The notes: generated from the letters alone by a model not told the origin. DNA of 64,000 nt from an uncultured archaeon (GCA_964632315.1 CAZWEM010000008.1:1-64000); one strand, 5' to 3'; positions 1-10,818 are shown, counted from the first letter of the stretch. Made by a program: numbers and translations.

Positions 1-1
1 A

Positions 2-337
2 TTAAGAAATATCATATATTGGGCTCCTTGTGCCTTCAAGCGAGATACTGGAGAGCTGGTAGGAATCATTCTCTCCTTGCCAAACCTTTATCAATTATGG
101 GCGGGGGAATCCTTTTCGAGGTGCAATGTGGATACTGCCATGGTAAATAAGGATCATTCTGGTAAGGGAATATTTTCTGCACTTAATAATATCGGAAGGC
201 TCACGTTAGAGATGTATGGCATCATTTCTGCGGAAGGAACCACCATCTGGGCTAACAACGATAGAGCCATCAAGACTATTTTCCCGCATTCTGAACCGCT
301 GAGAACCCATTACGTGGTACAAAAACGAGTAAAATAA
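2..337 (+). CDS. C-terminal part of GNAT-like N-acetyltransferase (5' end outside window)
   Basis: Frame open from nt 2 (LRNIIYWAPCAFKRDTGELVGIILSLPN...). Acetyl-CoA-binding-like V-N-K-D-H-S-G-K-G-I and 'IWANNDRAI' segments. Confidence 0.55.
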   Translation, partial: LRNIIYWAPCAFKRDTGELVGIILSLPNLYQLWAGESFSRCNVDTAMVNKDHSGKGIFSALNNIGRLTLEMYGIISAEGTTIWANNDRAIKTIFPHSEPLRTHYVVQKRVK

Positions 338-505
338 TCACTCTCTTTTTTTTCAAAAAAATGGGTATCAACGTCAAATAATTTCATTTATAATATATAT
401 CATTCCAGTAGAATCAGATTTCAAGTATCAACCTATCCCAAGAAAGTTAATAAAATCATTCTCATTATTTTCATATATCAAAAAAAGAATCGATGACGAG
501 CTTAA

Positions 506-1348
506 ATGAATGTTTCTCCAGAAAAAGATCGTAAAAAGAAATTTCCCATTGAGACGGGTTATTTCGAGGATGGATTACCTTAGGCTAAGATTGGAATTAA
601 ATCAAAAATCTTGTTAAATATTGAAGCGTTATCGACTGAACACAAACCACCTTCCGGATTCGTTCTACAACAATTTAAAAAAGATGCTGAACCGTTTTTA
701 GACGATTATACTGTATATCTCATCGGAAGAAGACCTAATTTACCAGAAGGTTATTTCATGGATAAAATGGCTGAGGATTATGCTACTCTTATCCGACGAG
801 AGTTCAATGAACCTGTGGATGTTATCGGAGTCTACACAGGAGGGCAAATTGCTCATTTTTTAGCCGCAAATCATCCCGATACAGTTCGGAAAGTGGTCAT
901 TGTTTCTGCAGCATTCAGGATAAGTGAGAAGGGCAAGGAAATCGAAAGAAAAGGCGCAGATTACTTCCAGCAAAAAAAATACGGAAAGAGCATGGCTGCA
1001 ACCTTGGAAATGGTTTATTCTCCCGGAATTAAACGGGCTCTCCTTAAAACTTTCATCCGATTAATTGGAAAATTATTTTTTCGGAATTTAAAGTATCCTA
1101 ATGACTTTTTAATAGAAGTACAAGCGGATAGAGAAATGGATTTCAGGGATAGATTGTCAGAAATTTCAGCTCCAACATTAATCATGAGTGGAGTGGATGA
1201 CGTTGCTTATGATGTTGATGATGTTCGCACGACTGCTGATGGCATTCCAAATTCGACATTAATATTATATGATGATTATGGGCATAACTTGGCAGTGTCT
1301 AATAGAAAAGAAGTGCTTAAAGAAGCTCTTAGATTCTTGAAGGAATAA
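506..1348 (+). pseudogene. alpha/beta hydrolase, probably pseudogenised (in-frame TAG at 581-583; nucleophile elbow G-V-Y-T-G)
   Basis: ATG 506 is in frame with ORF 611-1348 (MNVSPEKD...YFEDGLP*AKIG). GxSxG has Tyr instead of Ser. 'PTLIMSGVDD' and 'YGHN' typical of the fold. Confidence 0.65.
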
Positions 1349-1495
1349 TATTATTACGTCGTGTAAAAGCAAATAGTTTTTAGTATTTTTATTATTCTGT
1401 TATTTCTCTTTTTGTTCTGAAACAAGTACTCAATTCACCTAATTTTTTCCTTTAAATATCTCCATTAGATTCTGATGTAAAAATGATGAAATATC

Positions 1496-2665
1496 ATGAC
1501 TCTAAATAATATTATCTGTAAAAATTGTATCTTAATGGATGGATTCTTAGGTATTGATATTAATGAGGATCATCTCTGTAATTTTTGTGCAGATCCTACA
1601 TATAAGAACCCAAACTGGTCAAAAAGAGAGATTACTGATGAGCAACGAATAGCTAAAAAAATTGATTGGGAACAAACCGCGAAAAGAATGCAGCAAACTC
1701 ACGATGGCTCTCATTATGATTGTGTAATTGGCTACTCAGGAGGGAAAGACTCCACTGCATTGATTGACATGTTTGTAAATGAATATCATCTCAATCCCTT
1801 ACTCATATCTGTTGACACTGGATTTATGACGAGTGTAGCAAAGCAGAATATGAAAGATACTTTGAATAAGATGAAGCTGTATGATAATCATATTCTAATC
1901 GAAGATGCTAATCCTACCTTTAAAAAATTATACCAATATTACTTTTTCAATCATAATTCTCCTGAAAAAGCCTTGACAGTGGAAATTTGTCATAAATGTA
2001 CCGACTTGATCCATACGATCATTATCAAGGAAGCCTTAAAACGCAACATTCCATACGTCATTATTGGCTTCTCTCCCGACCAAATTGCGCGCTACTTTTA
2101 TGAAACTCATCCTGAAAATATAATCGAAGATGGTACTCCTTTATTTATTTTCAGAGATAATGAAAATGATCTTAAATGGTATTTATCACAAAGTGAGAAG
2201 GAGAAAATGCAAGTTGAATGCCCAAGGTTACTCTATCCATATCATGTCATTGACTATAATGAGCAAGAGATCATTTCTCGGTTAGAAGGTAAAGGTCTTA
2301 TACAAAAAGGAAAAGGAGATCCACTACTTACTAATTGTCACGTAGTTAAGGTCGCACTTTTTCATGATTTCTATCGTTATGGAGGAATTACATACGCTTT
2401 GCAATATGCTGAATTGATTCGACAAGAAAAGGATGCCATTAAACGCAAAAATTCCAGAAAGTCATGGCTTAGAACTTATAAGCAAGTTGCGAAAGGAATT
2501 TTAAATAGTACATTTAATAAAGAAGGCAATCAAACTTTTTTTGCTAACATAGGAATCACCCGAGAAGAATTATTACAAAAAGTTATTGAAAAAAGGGAAT
2601 CCGATGATAATATAAAGAAAATTCTTAATAATATCCAAAGAATTGCTTCAAATCAATTGAAGTAA
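1496..2665 (+). CDS. PP-loop ATPase, N-acetyl-sugar amidotransferase (WbuX-like) family
   Basis: N-terminal CxxC...CxxC; YDCVIGYSGGKDS PP-loop; CHKC. Confidence 0.75.
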   Translation: MTLNNIICKNCILMDGFLGIDINEDHLCNFCADPTYKNPNWSKREITDEQRIAKKIDWEQTAKRMQQTHDGSHYDCVIGYSGGKDSTALIDMFVNEYHLNPLLISVDTGFMTSVAKQNMKDTLNKMKLYDNHILIEDANPTFKKLYQYYFFNHNSPEKALTVEICHKCTDLIHTIIIKEALKRNIPYVIIGFSPDQIARYFYETHPENIIEDGTPLFIFRDNENDLKWYLSQSEKEKMQVECPRLLYPYHVIDYNEQEIISRLEGKGLIQKGKGDPLLTNCHVVKVALFHDFYRYGGITYALQYAELIRQEKDAIKRKNSRKSWLRTYKQVAKGILNSTFNKEGNQTFFANIGITREELLQKVIEKRESDDNIKKILNNIQRIASNQLK

Positions 2666-2755
2666 TGCTTTTGTACTGAGCAATAAAAATGGTCGCAAAT
2701 CTTAAAGCAAGAAATTAAAAAATTAAAAAAAAAACATTCAAGAGGTTTTTAAAAA

Positions 2756-2863
2756 TTGAATAAAGAAAATATAACTATCTTAATCACAATTATAATCGGA
2801 ATTACTTCGTTAATTACGACATTTCTCGGAATTTTATCAGGTGTGAAGTTTGGATTATTTAGT
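2756..2863 (+). CDS. putative 35-aa single-TM peptide or remnant of a decayed membrane-protein gene
   Basis: TTG start after AGAGG; MNKENITILITIIIGITSLITTFLGILSGVKFGLF*. Below the ORF-track cutoff. Confidence 0.3.
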
Positions 2864-3101
2864 TAATTCATTTAAAATTTTTTATTTAAAAAGAACTGCA
2901 ATTAATCCCATTTAAAAAAAGTTCTTGGAGAGATTTTAGTTGACAATAAAACAAAACTTCAGTTGGGAAATAAAATGGGCGACTACTATGAACAAGATTA
3001 AAAAATTAATGTTTCAAGATGTCGAGTCCACCAATGATCAAATGAAAAGGCAAAAAACCATAGATAAAAAAAATTAATTTTTTTTTCTTCTTCTATTATT
3101 T

Positions 3102-3935
3102 TTAATGTGTAAAGTATGATTTCATGACATGTAAGTCGTTCCCATTGAGATATATTTTTATTTTTTGTTTTAGAATGTCATATATCAAGTCCACGCCATA
3201 TTTTCTCCCAAATTTTGCTGTTATAGCACATAAAAGCTTATCTTTATCAGAAAGCTCTTTGAGTGAGGAAACGATCTTGGTCAGAAGGGGTTGATTTGCT
3301 AAAAACAACTTAATTTCTTTAAGACATTGGTCTCGAACATTTTCGTCATTAAAACGAGCCAATTTTAGATTCAAATTTTTAAATAATTTAAGTTCTAAAC
3401 TTTCTAACTCCCCCAATACAATACTCTTTAGTGATCTTGATTTTCGATAATAATTAAATCCCACAGGAAGAAATTTTTGCTCATAAAAACAGTTAAAGTA
3501 GAGGGGATAAAGAGGAGTGTGATTCCCCGTTTCGAACGCATTTATATAATAGACTCTACCATGGAACAATTTCTGGCAAGTCTTTTCAAAATTCAAAACG
3601 CGAGCGCTAGCTTCATTTTTTGGGTATCGATCAAATGAACTTGCATTAAAAACCCAGAGTACATGACAATCGCTATCATTATAATCTCTAGTTCTTTGAA
3701 TAATACTTTTAACTGAAATCATTGAATGCTGGACTTCTATGACTACTTTTTTATCGTTGGCTAATTGACAAAAAATGTCGGCAATTCGATTCCCTATAGC
3801 GACTTCTTCTCTAATTATCTTGATATTGTTGTCTTGTGGGATGTTTTTCATTAAATATCTCTTAATCTTAACATGTTGAAAAGATTCTCCTCTTTTTTCA
3901 TTTGAAAGATGGTTTTGAATTTCCATGCATTTCAT
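3102..3935 (-). CDS. CoiA-like PD-(D/E)xK nuclease
   Basis: ESFQH...EEV...RIADIF...VIEVQHS...RTRDY...VLWVF, matching the CoiA nuclease pattern. Confidence 0.75.
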   Translation of the reverse strand: MKCMEIQNHLSNEKRGESFQHVKIKRYLMKNIPQDNNIKIIREEVAIGNRIADIFCQLANDKKVVIEVQHSMISVKSIIQRTRDYNDSDCHVLWVFNASSFDRYPKNEASARVLNFEKTCQKLFHGRVYYINAFETGNHTPLYPLYFNCFYEQKFLPVGFNYYRKSRSLKSIVLGELESLELKLFKNLNLKLARFNDENVRDQCLKEIKLFLANQPLLTKIVSSLKELSDKDKLLCAITAKFGRKYGVDLIYDILKQKIKIYLNGNDLHVMKSYFTH

Positions 3936-4097
3936 TTTGAATTAATCTATTTAAGCCAATAGATTTTTATTTAACTGAAATAGAAGCAAAACAGCTTTGA
4001 TCTTCGACAAACGAGTTATTTTGAGATCACTATTATTTCTGTGACTCAAAAAAAATCAATTTTCTCTTTATAAAGAAAGGAATCATCAGTAGTCATA

Positions 4098-4484
4098 ATG
4101 TATCAAGAACAAATTAAAGCGAAGAAGAAAATCTGCTTAAAATGCTCTATCTGTAAAAAAGAAATTATCGGAAAACATCGATTTGTAAGATTAGCTATAA
4201 ATTATGGAGTTATCTGTCAAGAATGTAACGAAATATTCAACGATGCAGAAATAGAGTTGGCATCAAATCTGTTTACTGCCTTTGGGGGATATTTTGGATC
4301 ACAAAAAGAGGAATCAAGTGACCCAGGAATTTTAACTATTAAAAGACTTTCGAAGTTTTATAGATATGCGGGAGACAACATTAATATAAATGCCCTGGAT
4401 GTTAAAATTCTCCATCAAGCATTACTCCATAGAATCTCACCTAATCAAATCGTAAAAGGTTTAACTTTACGAATCGATAAGTGA
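4098..4484 (+). CDS. hypothetical zinc-finger protein
   Basis: CSIC...CQEC pairs. Confidence 0.65.
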   Translation: MYQEQIKAKKKICLKCSICKKEIIGKHRFVRLAINYGVICQECNEIFNDAEIELASNLFTAFGGYFGSQKEESSDPGILTIKRLSKFYRYAGDNININALDVKILHQALLHRISPNQIVKGLTLRIDK

Positions 4485-4539
4485 AAGAGTTAAGAGTAGA
4501 TTTGATAATGGTATATGAGCTTTGCCATTTAGTTCATTT

Positions 4540-5373
4540 TTAATTCTCAAAAAGAGTGACAATTGTTTCGAGTTCTGAAAAATTAAAAGGCTTAAAAAAA
4601 CTTCCCTCGACACTCCTGTCCCCTAATTGTTTTTTTAAGGTATCGCGTGGAAAAGCAGTTATAATATAAATTTTAATTGGATCATATTTGTGATTTTTAC
4701 GAATTAGATCATATAATTCTATTCCATTCATATCAACAAGCATTATATCTAGTAATAAAACTTTAGGTTGAACTCTTTCCAATTCTTTGATAGCTTCAGA
4801 AGCGTATAGAACCCCCTTACATTGAATATCATATGATTTGTAGAATTCTATTAGAAGTCTAATGGTTTCTTCCTTATCATCCACTATTAAAATATCATAA
4901 TCATTAACCTGATCAATATCATTAATTTTTGTTTCAATTGCTCGACAAGAATCGATTATTAAATCAAGCTTTTTGGATAAAGAATCTTGAAGGGTCAAAT
5001 TACGTTCTTGAATGATTAATTCCGCATTTCCCTTAATCAAGGTCAATTCTTCTTTTATTTGATGTATAAAATAATAAAAATCGTGGTCCGTTATGCTAAA
5101 GCGAGTTTGTAAAATCGAACTTGGATTATTTATAAAAACTCGTACTACTTTTCGTATAAGTTGAGAAAAGTTCTTAAATTGAAGATTTTGATCAATGAAT
5201 TCTTTCCACTCTATTTTTTCCTTCGCATCAAGATAAAATGAGATCCTTTCTTTTTCACGGGAATAAATTTTCTTACCCTCTTCCCATTTTTGAAAATTTT
5301 TAGTGATATTTCCCTTCCAAATGGAATTTTTACCCGTTTCTTGTTCAAATTTATCAACTTCGGAGGATTTCAT
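4540..5373 (-). CDS. response regulator: Trp-motif + ribbon-helix-helix + HisKA-like + receiver domain
   Basis: RISFYL...SQLIRKVV (RHH); HQIKEELTLIKGNAELI (H-box-like); ILIVDD / LLLDIML / TA / KPF (REC). Confidence 0.8.
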   Translation of the reverse strand: MKSSEVDKFEQETGKNSIWKGNITKNFQKWEEGKKIYSREKERISFYLDAKEKIEWKEFIDQNLQFKNFSQLIRKVVRVFINNPSSILQTRFSITDHDFYYFIHQIKEELTLIKGNAELIIQERNLTLQDSLSKKLDLIIDSCRAIETKINDIDQVNDYDILIVDDKEETIRLLIEFYKSYDIQCKGVLYASEAIKELERVQPKVLLLDIMLVDMNGIELYDLIRKNHKYDPIKIYIITAFPRDTLKKQLGDRSVEGSFFKPFNFSELETIVTLFEN

Positions 5374-5561
5374 TTTTTACCACGAACCTTGATTTTTTTA
5401 TAACTAAATCTTATTTATTACCACAAATTATGTTTAACTCCTTTTTAAACTTTGTTGTTGTAAAAAATGTGTTAAAAATTCCTAAACCATGTCAAAATTA
5501 TAAAAGTTATAGATAATTCCGCGTTTTATTATATTAAGATTCAAAAAATTGGTTAATTGAA

Positions 5562-6689
5562 TTGCAAACTAAAAAGTTAAAAATTGGAGTAATCGGATGC
5601 GGAACAGTAGCAAACATCGGACATTTACCAAATTATTCTAGATCTCCTTTAGCTGAAATAGTAGCTGTATCAGATCCACTCGAGTTGCATCTTAAACGCG
5701 CAAAAGAAAAGTATAATGTCTTGAAAACTTATCACGATCCAAACGACTTATTGGAAGATCCCGAAATTGAGGCAGTTAGTATATGTTCTCCGCATTGGTT
5801 TCATGCTGAGCAAGTGATTAAAGCGGCTGAGAACGGAAAACATATTCTATGTGAAAAACCTATTGGTATAAACTTAGAAGAAGTAGATGAAATGATTAAA
5901 GCTGTAGAAAAGAATAATGTCATTTTTCAAGCTGCTACGCAAAAAAGGTTTGATTTAGGCTTCCAATTCATCAAAGAAAAAATTAGTGAAAAAGAGATTG
6001 GTGAAGTATTCCACGCTTCAGTATCTTGGTATCATTCCATGCCAAATTTAGGAAAAAATCTTAGTGAAGATGCAATTAAGGAAGCAGGAATGTGGAGGAT
6101 AACAAATGAGTGTTGTGGAGGCGGAGATCTTTTGGATCATGGACCACATTATTTTGATTTATTCAGGTGGTGGTTTGGAGATGTCAAGAGTGTAAGTGCC
6201 CAAGTAAGGCGAATTCATAAAAGTAGAGTGAATGAAGATCATTGTTCCGTTTTATTAAATTTTAAAGAAACTGATGTAGTTGGTCTTTTTGAACGCTCTG
6301 AAGCTTTTGTAGGGAGCGTTTATGGAGAAGAATCGGGGAGAGTCCACGGAACAAAAGGAACCTATTTTTTTGACGTTCCAAATGAATATTTCTTAAAACC
6401 AATGACAATAAAAAAGCGTTCTCGAAAAAGTGAAACAAGTAAAATTAAGGAGGAACAAATTTCGTTTCCTAAAGATTCGTGGAATGTTTCTTATGCTCGA
6501 GAGATACGTAGTTTCATCAATCAAGTTTTAAACATTTCAAATGAAGATGTTGGATTTCCAAAAGAGTGGATTCCCACCATATACGATGGCAGAGCTGGCC
6601 TAGAAATCGTTTTAGCATCTTATGAATCCCAGCGCACCCAAAGTACCATCAAATTACCTTTAAAGAATTATAAATCGCTGGAATGGTAA
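5562..6689 (+). CDS. Gfo/Idh/MocA family oxidoreductase
   Basis: GVIGCG; HILCEKP; GGGDLLDHGPHYFD. Confidence 0.92.
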   Translation: MQTKKLKIGVIGCGTVANIGHLPNYSRSPLAEIVAVSDPLELHLKRAKEKYNVLKTYHDPNDLLEDPEIEAVSICSPHWFHAEQVIKAAENGKHILCEKPIGINLEEVDEMIKAVEKNNVIFQAATQKRFDLGFQFIKEKISEKEIGEVFHASVSWYHSMPNLGKNLSEDAIKEAGMWRITNECCGGGDLLDHGPHYFDLFRWWFGDVKSVSAQVRRIHKSRVNEDHCSVLLNFKETDVVGLFERSEAFVGSVYGEESGRVHGTKGTYFFDVPNEYFLKPMTIKKRSRKSETSKIKEEQISFPKDSWNVSYAREIRSFINQVLNISNEDVGFPKEWIPTIYDGRAGLEIVLASYESQRTQSTIKLPLKNYKSLEW

Positions 6690-6778
6690 AAGTTCTCCGA
6701 TTTTGTTAATGGTTAATTTTATTACCTTTTAGAATGATAATTCAATATCAGCTATTTTCATACATTATCCTCTATAAA

Positions 6779-7711
6779 ATGATAAATTTTAATCGAGAGC
6801 AACAAGTAATAGAGATTGAGGGAATAAAGTTCGGCGGGAAACCAGGTGAATTTCCGACTGTATTGATCGGAAGCGTCTTTCATAAGGGAGATAAAAAAGT
6901 TAAGGATGAAGGAAAAGGAATATTTGATAAGAAAAAAACTGAAGAATTAATTTTTAAACAGAAAGAACTTTCAGACAAGACGGGCAATCCATGCATGCTA
7001 GATGTGGTTGGTACTAGTGAAACTGCCCTCCGAAAATATATTGAGTATATTTCAGGGTTAACTCCTGATCCTTTTTTACTAAATGCTGTTTCTTCTGATG
7101 TCAGAATAAAGATAATGAAATTCATCGAAGAAATTGGTTTAATTGAGAAAGTGATCTATACATCAATTAATTATACAGTCACGCAAGAAGAACTTCAAGG
7201 ACTTTCAGACGTCAGTGCTAAATCAGTAATCATTCAAACCCTTAATCCAAGAAATCCTAGAATTTCAGGAATGATAGATATTCTTAGAGGCACGGATGCA
7301 CAAGAGGGTTTAATTTCCAATGTAATAAAAGCGGGTATACAGAATATTTTACTTTTTACTAGTGTTTTTGAGGTTCCTTCCATAGGAGTTGCTGCCAGAG
7401 GGATTTATGAATTAAAGAATACATTTAGTTATCCGGCAGGCACAGCACCTGTAGGAGTGATAGGAAGATGGTGCTTAACAAATGATATTTTTATGGGAAA
7501 CTATAAAAAAGCTTGCGAATCTACCGGAATAAGTTTATCAGTAGCTATGGGTGCAGATTATATCATCTATGGAGCATTAGGGAAAGCTGAGTATATATTT
7601 CCCTCAGCTGCAATAGCAGATGCGATGATTTCAAGAAATTCGAAGATGACCTTTAAAAATAGGTTTGATATGAAGGAGCATCCTATTTTTAAGTTATACT
7701 TTTCCTTATAA
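6779..7711 (+). CDS. mtrH: tetrahydromethanopterin S-methyltransferase subunit H-like methyltransferase (stand-alone)
   Basis: FNREQQVIEIEGIKFGGKPGEFPTVLIGSVFH...TGNP; GADYIIYG. ATG 6779 preferred as start. Confidence 0.85.
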   Translation: MINFNREQQVIEIEGIKFGGKPGEFPTVLIGSVFHKGDKKVKDEGKGIFDKKKTEELIFKQKELSDKTGNPCMLDVVGTSETALRKYIEYISGLTPDPFLLNAVSSDVRIKIMKFIEEIGLIEKVIYTSINYTVTQEELQGLSDVSAKSVIIQTLNPRNPRISGMIDILRGTDAQEGLISNVIKAGIQNILLFTSVFEVPSIGVAARGIYELKNTFSYPAGTAPVGVIGRWCLTNDIFMGNYKKACESTGISLSVAMGADYIIYGALGKAEYIFPSAAIADAMISRNSKMTFKNRFDMKEHPIFKLYFSL

Positions 7712-7877
7712 GTAGTGAAATCAAGAATATACAAAAAAATATAAATATAATAACTCTCTTTCTTTTCAAGAAAAGCTATCAAGCAAATTAGAGCAAAATT
7801 AGAAATTATTTCCAAGAGTAAAGGTATCAATTACTCTTACTTTGATAAGTCACCAAAATAATGACAAAATGCTCTAA

Positions 7878-8963
7878 TTAGGTTTTTTTTTTAGTAATTT
7901 TATATCGAATGATTGATGGTATAATTCTGCTCATAAGAGGTAACCTATCTTTAGGCGAAATTTGACCTAAAAGCCCAAATATCCACTGTCTGGTTTTAAT
8001 TGGAGTTCCACTTGGCAGAAAGAGATTTTCGGATTTTAATTGATTTTCTAAACGGGTTCTTCCATTCCCTATTTCAATCACATCAATATTGCTTAGATTA
8101 GTTGGTGTAAGCCCTTTTTGGTTTAAATTTAAGAAAAACTCGATCTCTTCAGGTTTAAATCCCATGAGTGATGCTGTTATTAAATCTGCCACTGCTAAAT
8201 TTTTAGAAATAGTTAAGATGTTCCATTCAACTGGAGAGACTCTCACGTTTCCTTCCATAACTCCTGCGAATTGTCCGCCATTGACTCCTACACACGTGAC
8301 ACCAGCCCTGTGAATCTTATCTAAAGCATCTACAATAAAACCTTGTAATCCAATACCAAGATCTGAAAATGCCAAATGCAAAAGATTCTTTTTTGAAAAC
8401 AAGATTGATCCCATTATAAGCGCTTTCCCACTGAGAGAAAACGGCAATCCATTGAATCCTGCCACTTTTTCAGAAAACGGTGCTTTTGGATTACTGAAGC
8501 TGATGATTAGATTTTCTTTATCAAATAAAAAACTCGGAAGATTTAGAGGAGGATATTCAAATCCATAATCTAACGCGATAACTTCTTCGTTTTTAAAAGA
8601 GTCTTTTTCAAAATACAATAATTGAACATTAGAGTATTTTTTTACAAGATCAATATATCCTAATTTTTCAAAGACATTTTTAATATTTCTGTGGGCTGTT
8701 GCTGGGGTTTCATATATCGTTATCTTTTTTCCAGAACATGCCGAAATAATTGCATCTACTAACTCAACATTTAAATAAGTTCCTTCTAAAGGTACTTGAT
8801 CCTTAAATAAAGTTGCTCCTATAGGTACATGAATATATACTTTACGAGAATTATGTATGAGGGAAGTTATTCCTGCTTTATCGAATGCTTCATGTACATG
8901 TCCGCGCAAGTTTTCTAATTTCATATCTAAAATTACTGCTTTTTCTTGATTTTCAGAATTCAT
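7878..8963 (-). CDS. divergent DUF362-like protein
   Basis: Overall layout and 'NLAVADLITASLMGFKPEEIEF' resemble the DUF362 C-terminus. Canonical KPN and KTH motifs are degenerate. Confidence 0.55.
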   Translation of the reverse strand: MNSENQEKAVILDMKLENLRGHVHEAFDKAGITSLIHNSRKVYIHVPIGATLFKDQVPLEGTYLNVELVDAIISACSGKKITIYETPATAHRNIKNVFEKLGYIDLVKKYSNVQLLYFEKDSFKNEEVIALDYGFEYPPLNLPSFLFDKENLIISFSNPKAPFSEKVAGFNGLPFSLSGKALIMGSILFSKKNLLHLAFSDLGIGLQGFIVDALDKIHRAGVTCVGVNGGQFAGVMEGNVRVSPVEWNILTISKNLAVADLITASLMGFKPEEIEFFLNLNQKGLTPTNLSNIDVIEIGNGRTRLENQLKSENLFLPSGTPIKTRQWIFGLLGQISPKDRLPLMSRIIPSIIRYKITKKKT

Positions 8964-9235
8964 AATTTTCCATCAGATATTTTTAGTTTGTTATTTTAGA
9001 TTACTGATTGGAAGTATTTATTGTTATTTCTTTAATCAATAAGATTTCAACTTAAAGAATCATTCTCTCTGATCGAGCAAGATTATTTTGTGCTTAAAGA
9101 ATTCAATTTTAAAAAGTAGTAATTATGGTAATTAGGTGTTTAAAATGATTAATAAGTACAAAATTCAAAGTAAAAGAATTTATTATGATATAGGAAGTAA
9201 ATATTTTAATATATTAACTTTAAATAGTCAATCTC

Positions 9236-9982
9236 ATGACTAAATTTATGAAAATCGCTAAAAACACGGTTTTAATAACGGGAGGAGCAAGTGGCATAGG
9301 ATTTTCGCTTGCCGAACATTTCTTAAATGCGGGTAATAAAGTCATAATCTGTGGAAGACGAGAAGCGAAATTAAAGGAAGCAAATAAAAAATACCCAAAA
9401 CTACATTTTACAACATGTGATGTAACAAATCCAAAGGATCGAGAATCATTATTCGATTGGGTTAACTCAAATTTTGAGGATTTTAATATCTTGATTAATA
9501 ATGCAGGAATACAAAGAGCAATTGACTTAAAAAAAGGAGTGGATGGATTAAAGGGAGAGGATGAAATTGAAGTAAATTTGAAAGCTCCAATCTACTTATC
9601 TACACGTTTTATTCCTTTGTTGTTGAAACAAGAGGAAGCTGCGATAATTAATGTATCATCAGGATTAGGATTTGTACCAATTGCTTCAATGCCAATTTAT
9701 TGCGCTACCAAAGCTGCAATTCATTCATTTACTATTTCCTTAAGATATCAATTAAAAGACAGTTCAATTAAGGTTTTTGAAATCATTCCTCCAACCGTAG
9801 ATACGGAATTAGATAAAGGTAGAAGAGGATCTTATCGGGGAATTGATCCTTCTGAAATTGGAAAAGCGACTCTGATTGGTGTAGAAAATGATAATTTTGA
9901 AATTACTGTGGGCGAATCTGAAGGATTAAGAACTGTATCGCAAGAAAATTTTGATCAAATTTTTAGTAGAATGAACCATTAA
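9236..9982 (+). CDS. short-chain dehydrogenase/reductase (DltE-like)
   Basis: TGGASGIG, NNAG, YCATK. Confidence 0.92.
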   Translation: MTKFMKIAKNTVLITGGASGIGFSLAEHFLNAGNKVIICGRREAKLKEANKKYPKLHFTTCDVTNPKDRESLFDWVNSNFEDFNILINNAGIQRAIDLKKGVDGLKGEDEIEVNLKAPIYLSTRFIPLLLKQEEAAIINVSSGLGFVPIASMPIYCATKAAIHSFTISLRYQLKDSSIKVFEIIPPTVDTELDKGRRGSYRGIDPSEIGKATLIGVENDNFEITVGESEGLRTVSQENFDQIFSRMNH

Positions 9983-10016
9983 AAATTAATTTACAATTAA
10001 GCTCAAGAAATTTACA

Positions 10017-10745
10017 ATGAACGATAAAAATATTTTAAAAATAATAAAAGAAAGACAATCAACGAGGTCACGGTTTGATCCAACACGGCCTATAACACAA
10101 GATGATTTAAATGCCATTTTAGAAGCGGCTCGTTGGGCTCCAACACCTCATAACATGCAAAACTTCGAGATAATTGTGATTGACGATGAAAAAATTATAG
10201 AAAGAATCGCAAATATTCAATATACGATATCTGATGATTTCATAAAGGAAAATTACGAACAATTGTCTTTTTCAGAAGAAGAATTATTGAGAAAAAAAGT
10301 TGGATTATTAGGAACAATGTTTCCTCGTGAATTAAGAAATCCTAATTTTGGTTCAGAAAAAAATCCTAAAGAGGAAATGATTTCCACTGTAGGAAGATTT
10401 CTCCAATCAAATCATATCCTCCTTGTAATCCTCTATGATCCAAATGTTAGAGCTCCTGCTTCAGAGGGCGATTTTTTTGGAAAAATGGGTTTAGGGTGCG
10501 TCATGGAAAATATGTGGTTAATGACTCAATCCATGGGAATCGCTTTTCATGTAATAACAGCACTCAACGCGGATTCTGTAGAAACTGAAGTGAAATCTAT
10601 CCTTAGCATACCCAATCATATGAAAATCGCATATAGCGTAAGAATTGGTTATCCCGCAACAAGTTCGTATAAATATCTAAGAGTACGTCGAGAAATCGAA
10701 GATTTCGTCCATCATAATCAATTTAATAATAAATATAAAAGTTAA
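10017..10745 (+). CDS. nitroreductase family protein
   Basis: RQSTR; ARWAPTPHNMQ; ENMWL; IGYP. Confidence 0.9.
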   Translation: MNDKNILKIIKERQSTRSRFDPTRPITQDDLNAILEAARWAPTPHNMQNFEIIVIDDEKIIERIANIQYTISDDFIKENYEQLSFSEEELLRKKVGLLGTMFPRELRNPNFGSEKNPKEEMISTVGRFLQSNHILLVILYDPNVRAPASEGDFFGKMGLGCVMENMWLMTQSMGIAFHVITALNADSVETEVKSILSIPNHMKIAYSVRIGYPATSSYKYLRVRREIEDFVHHNQFNNKYKS

Positions 10746-10818
10746 TTCCTTAATTTGAATTAAGATAAATTAAGTTTTTTAAGATAATAATAAATATATA
10801 TTAAATAAAGGTAATAAT

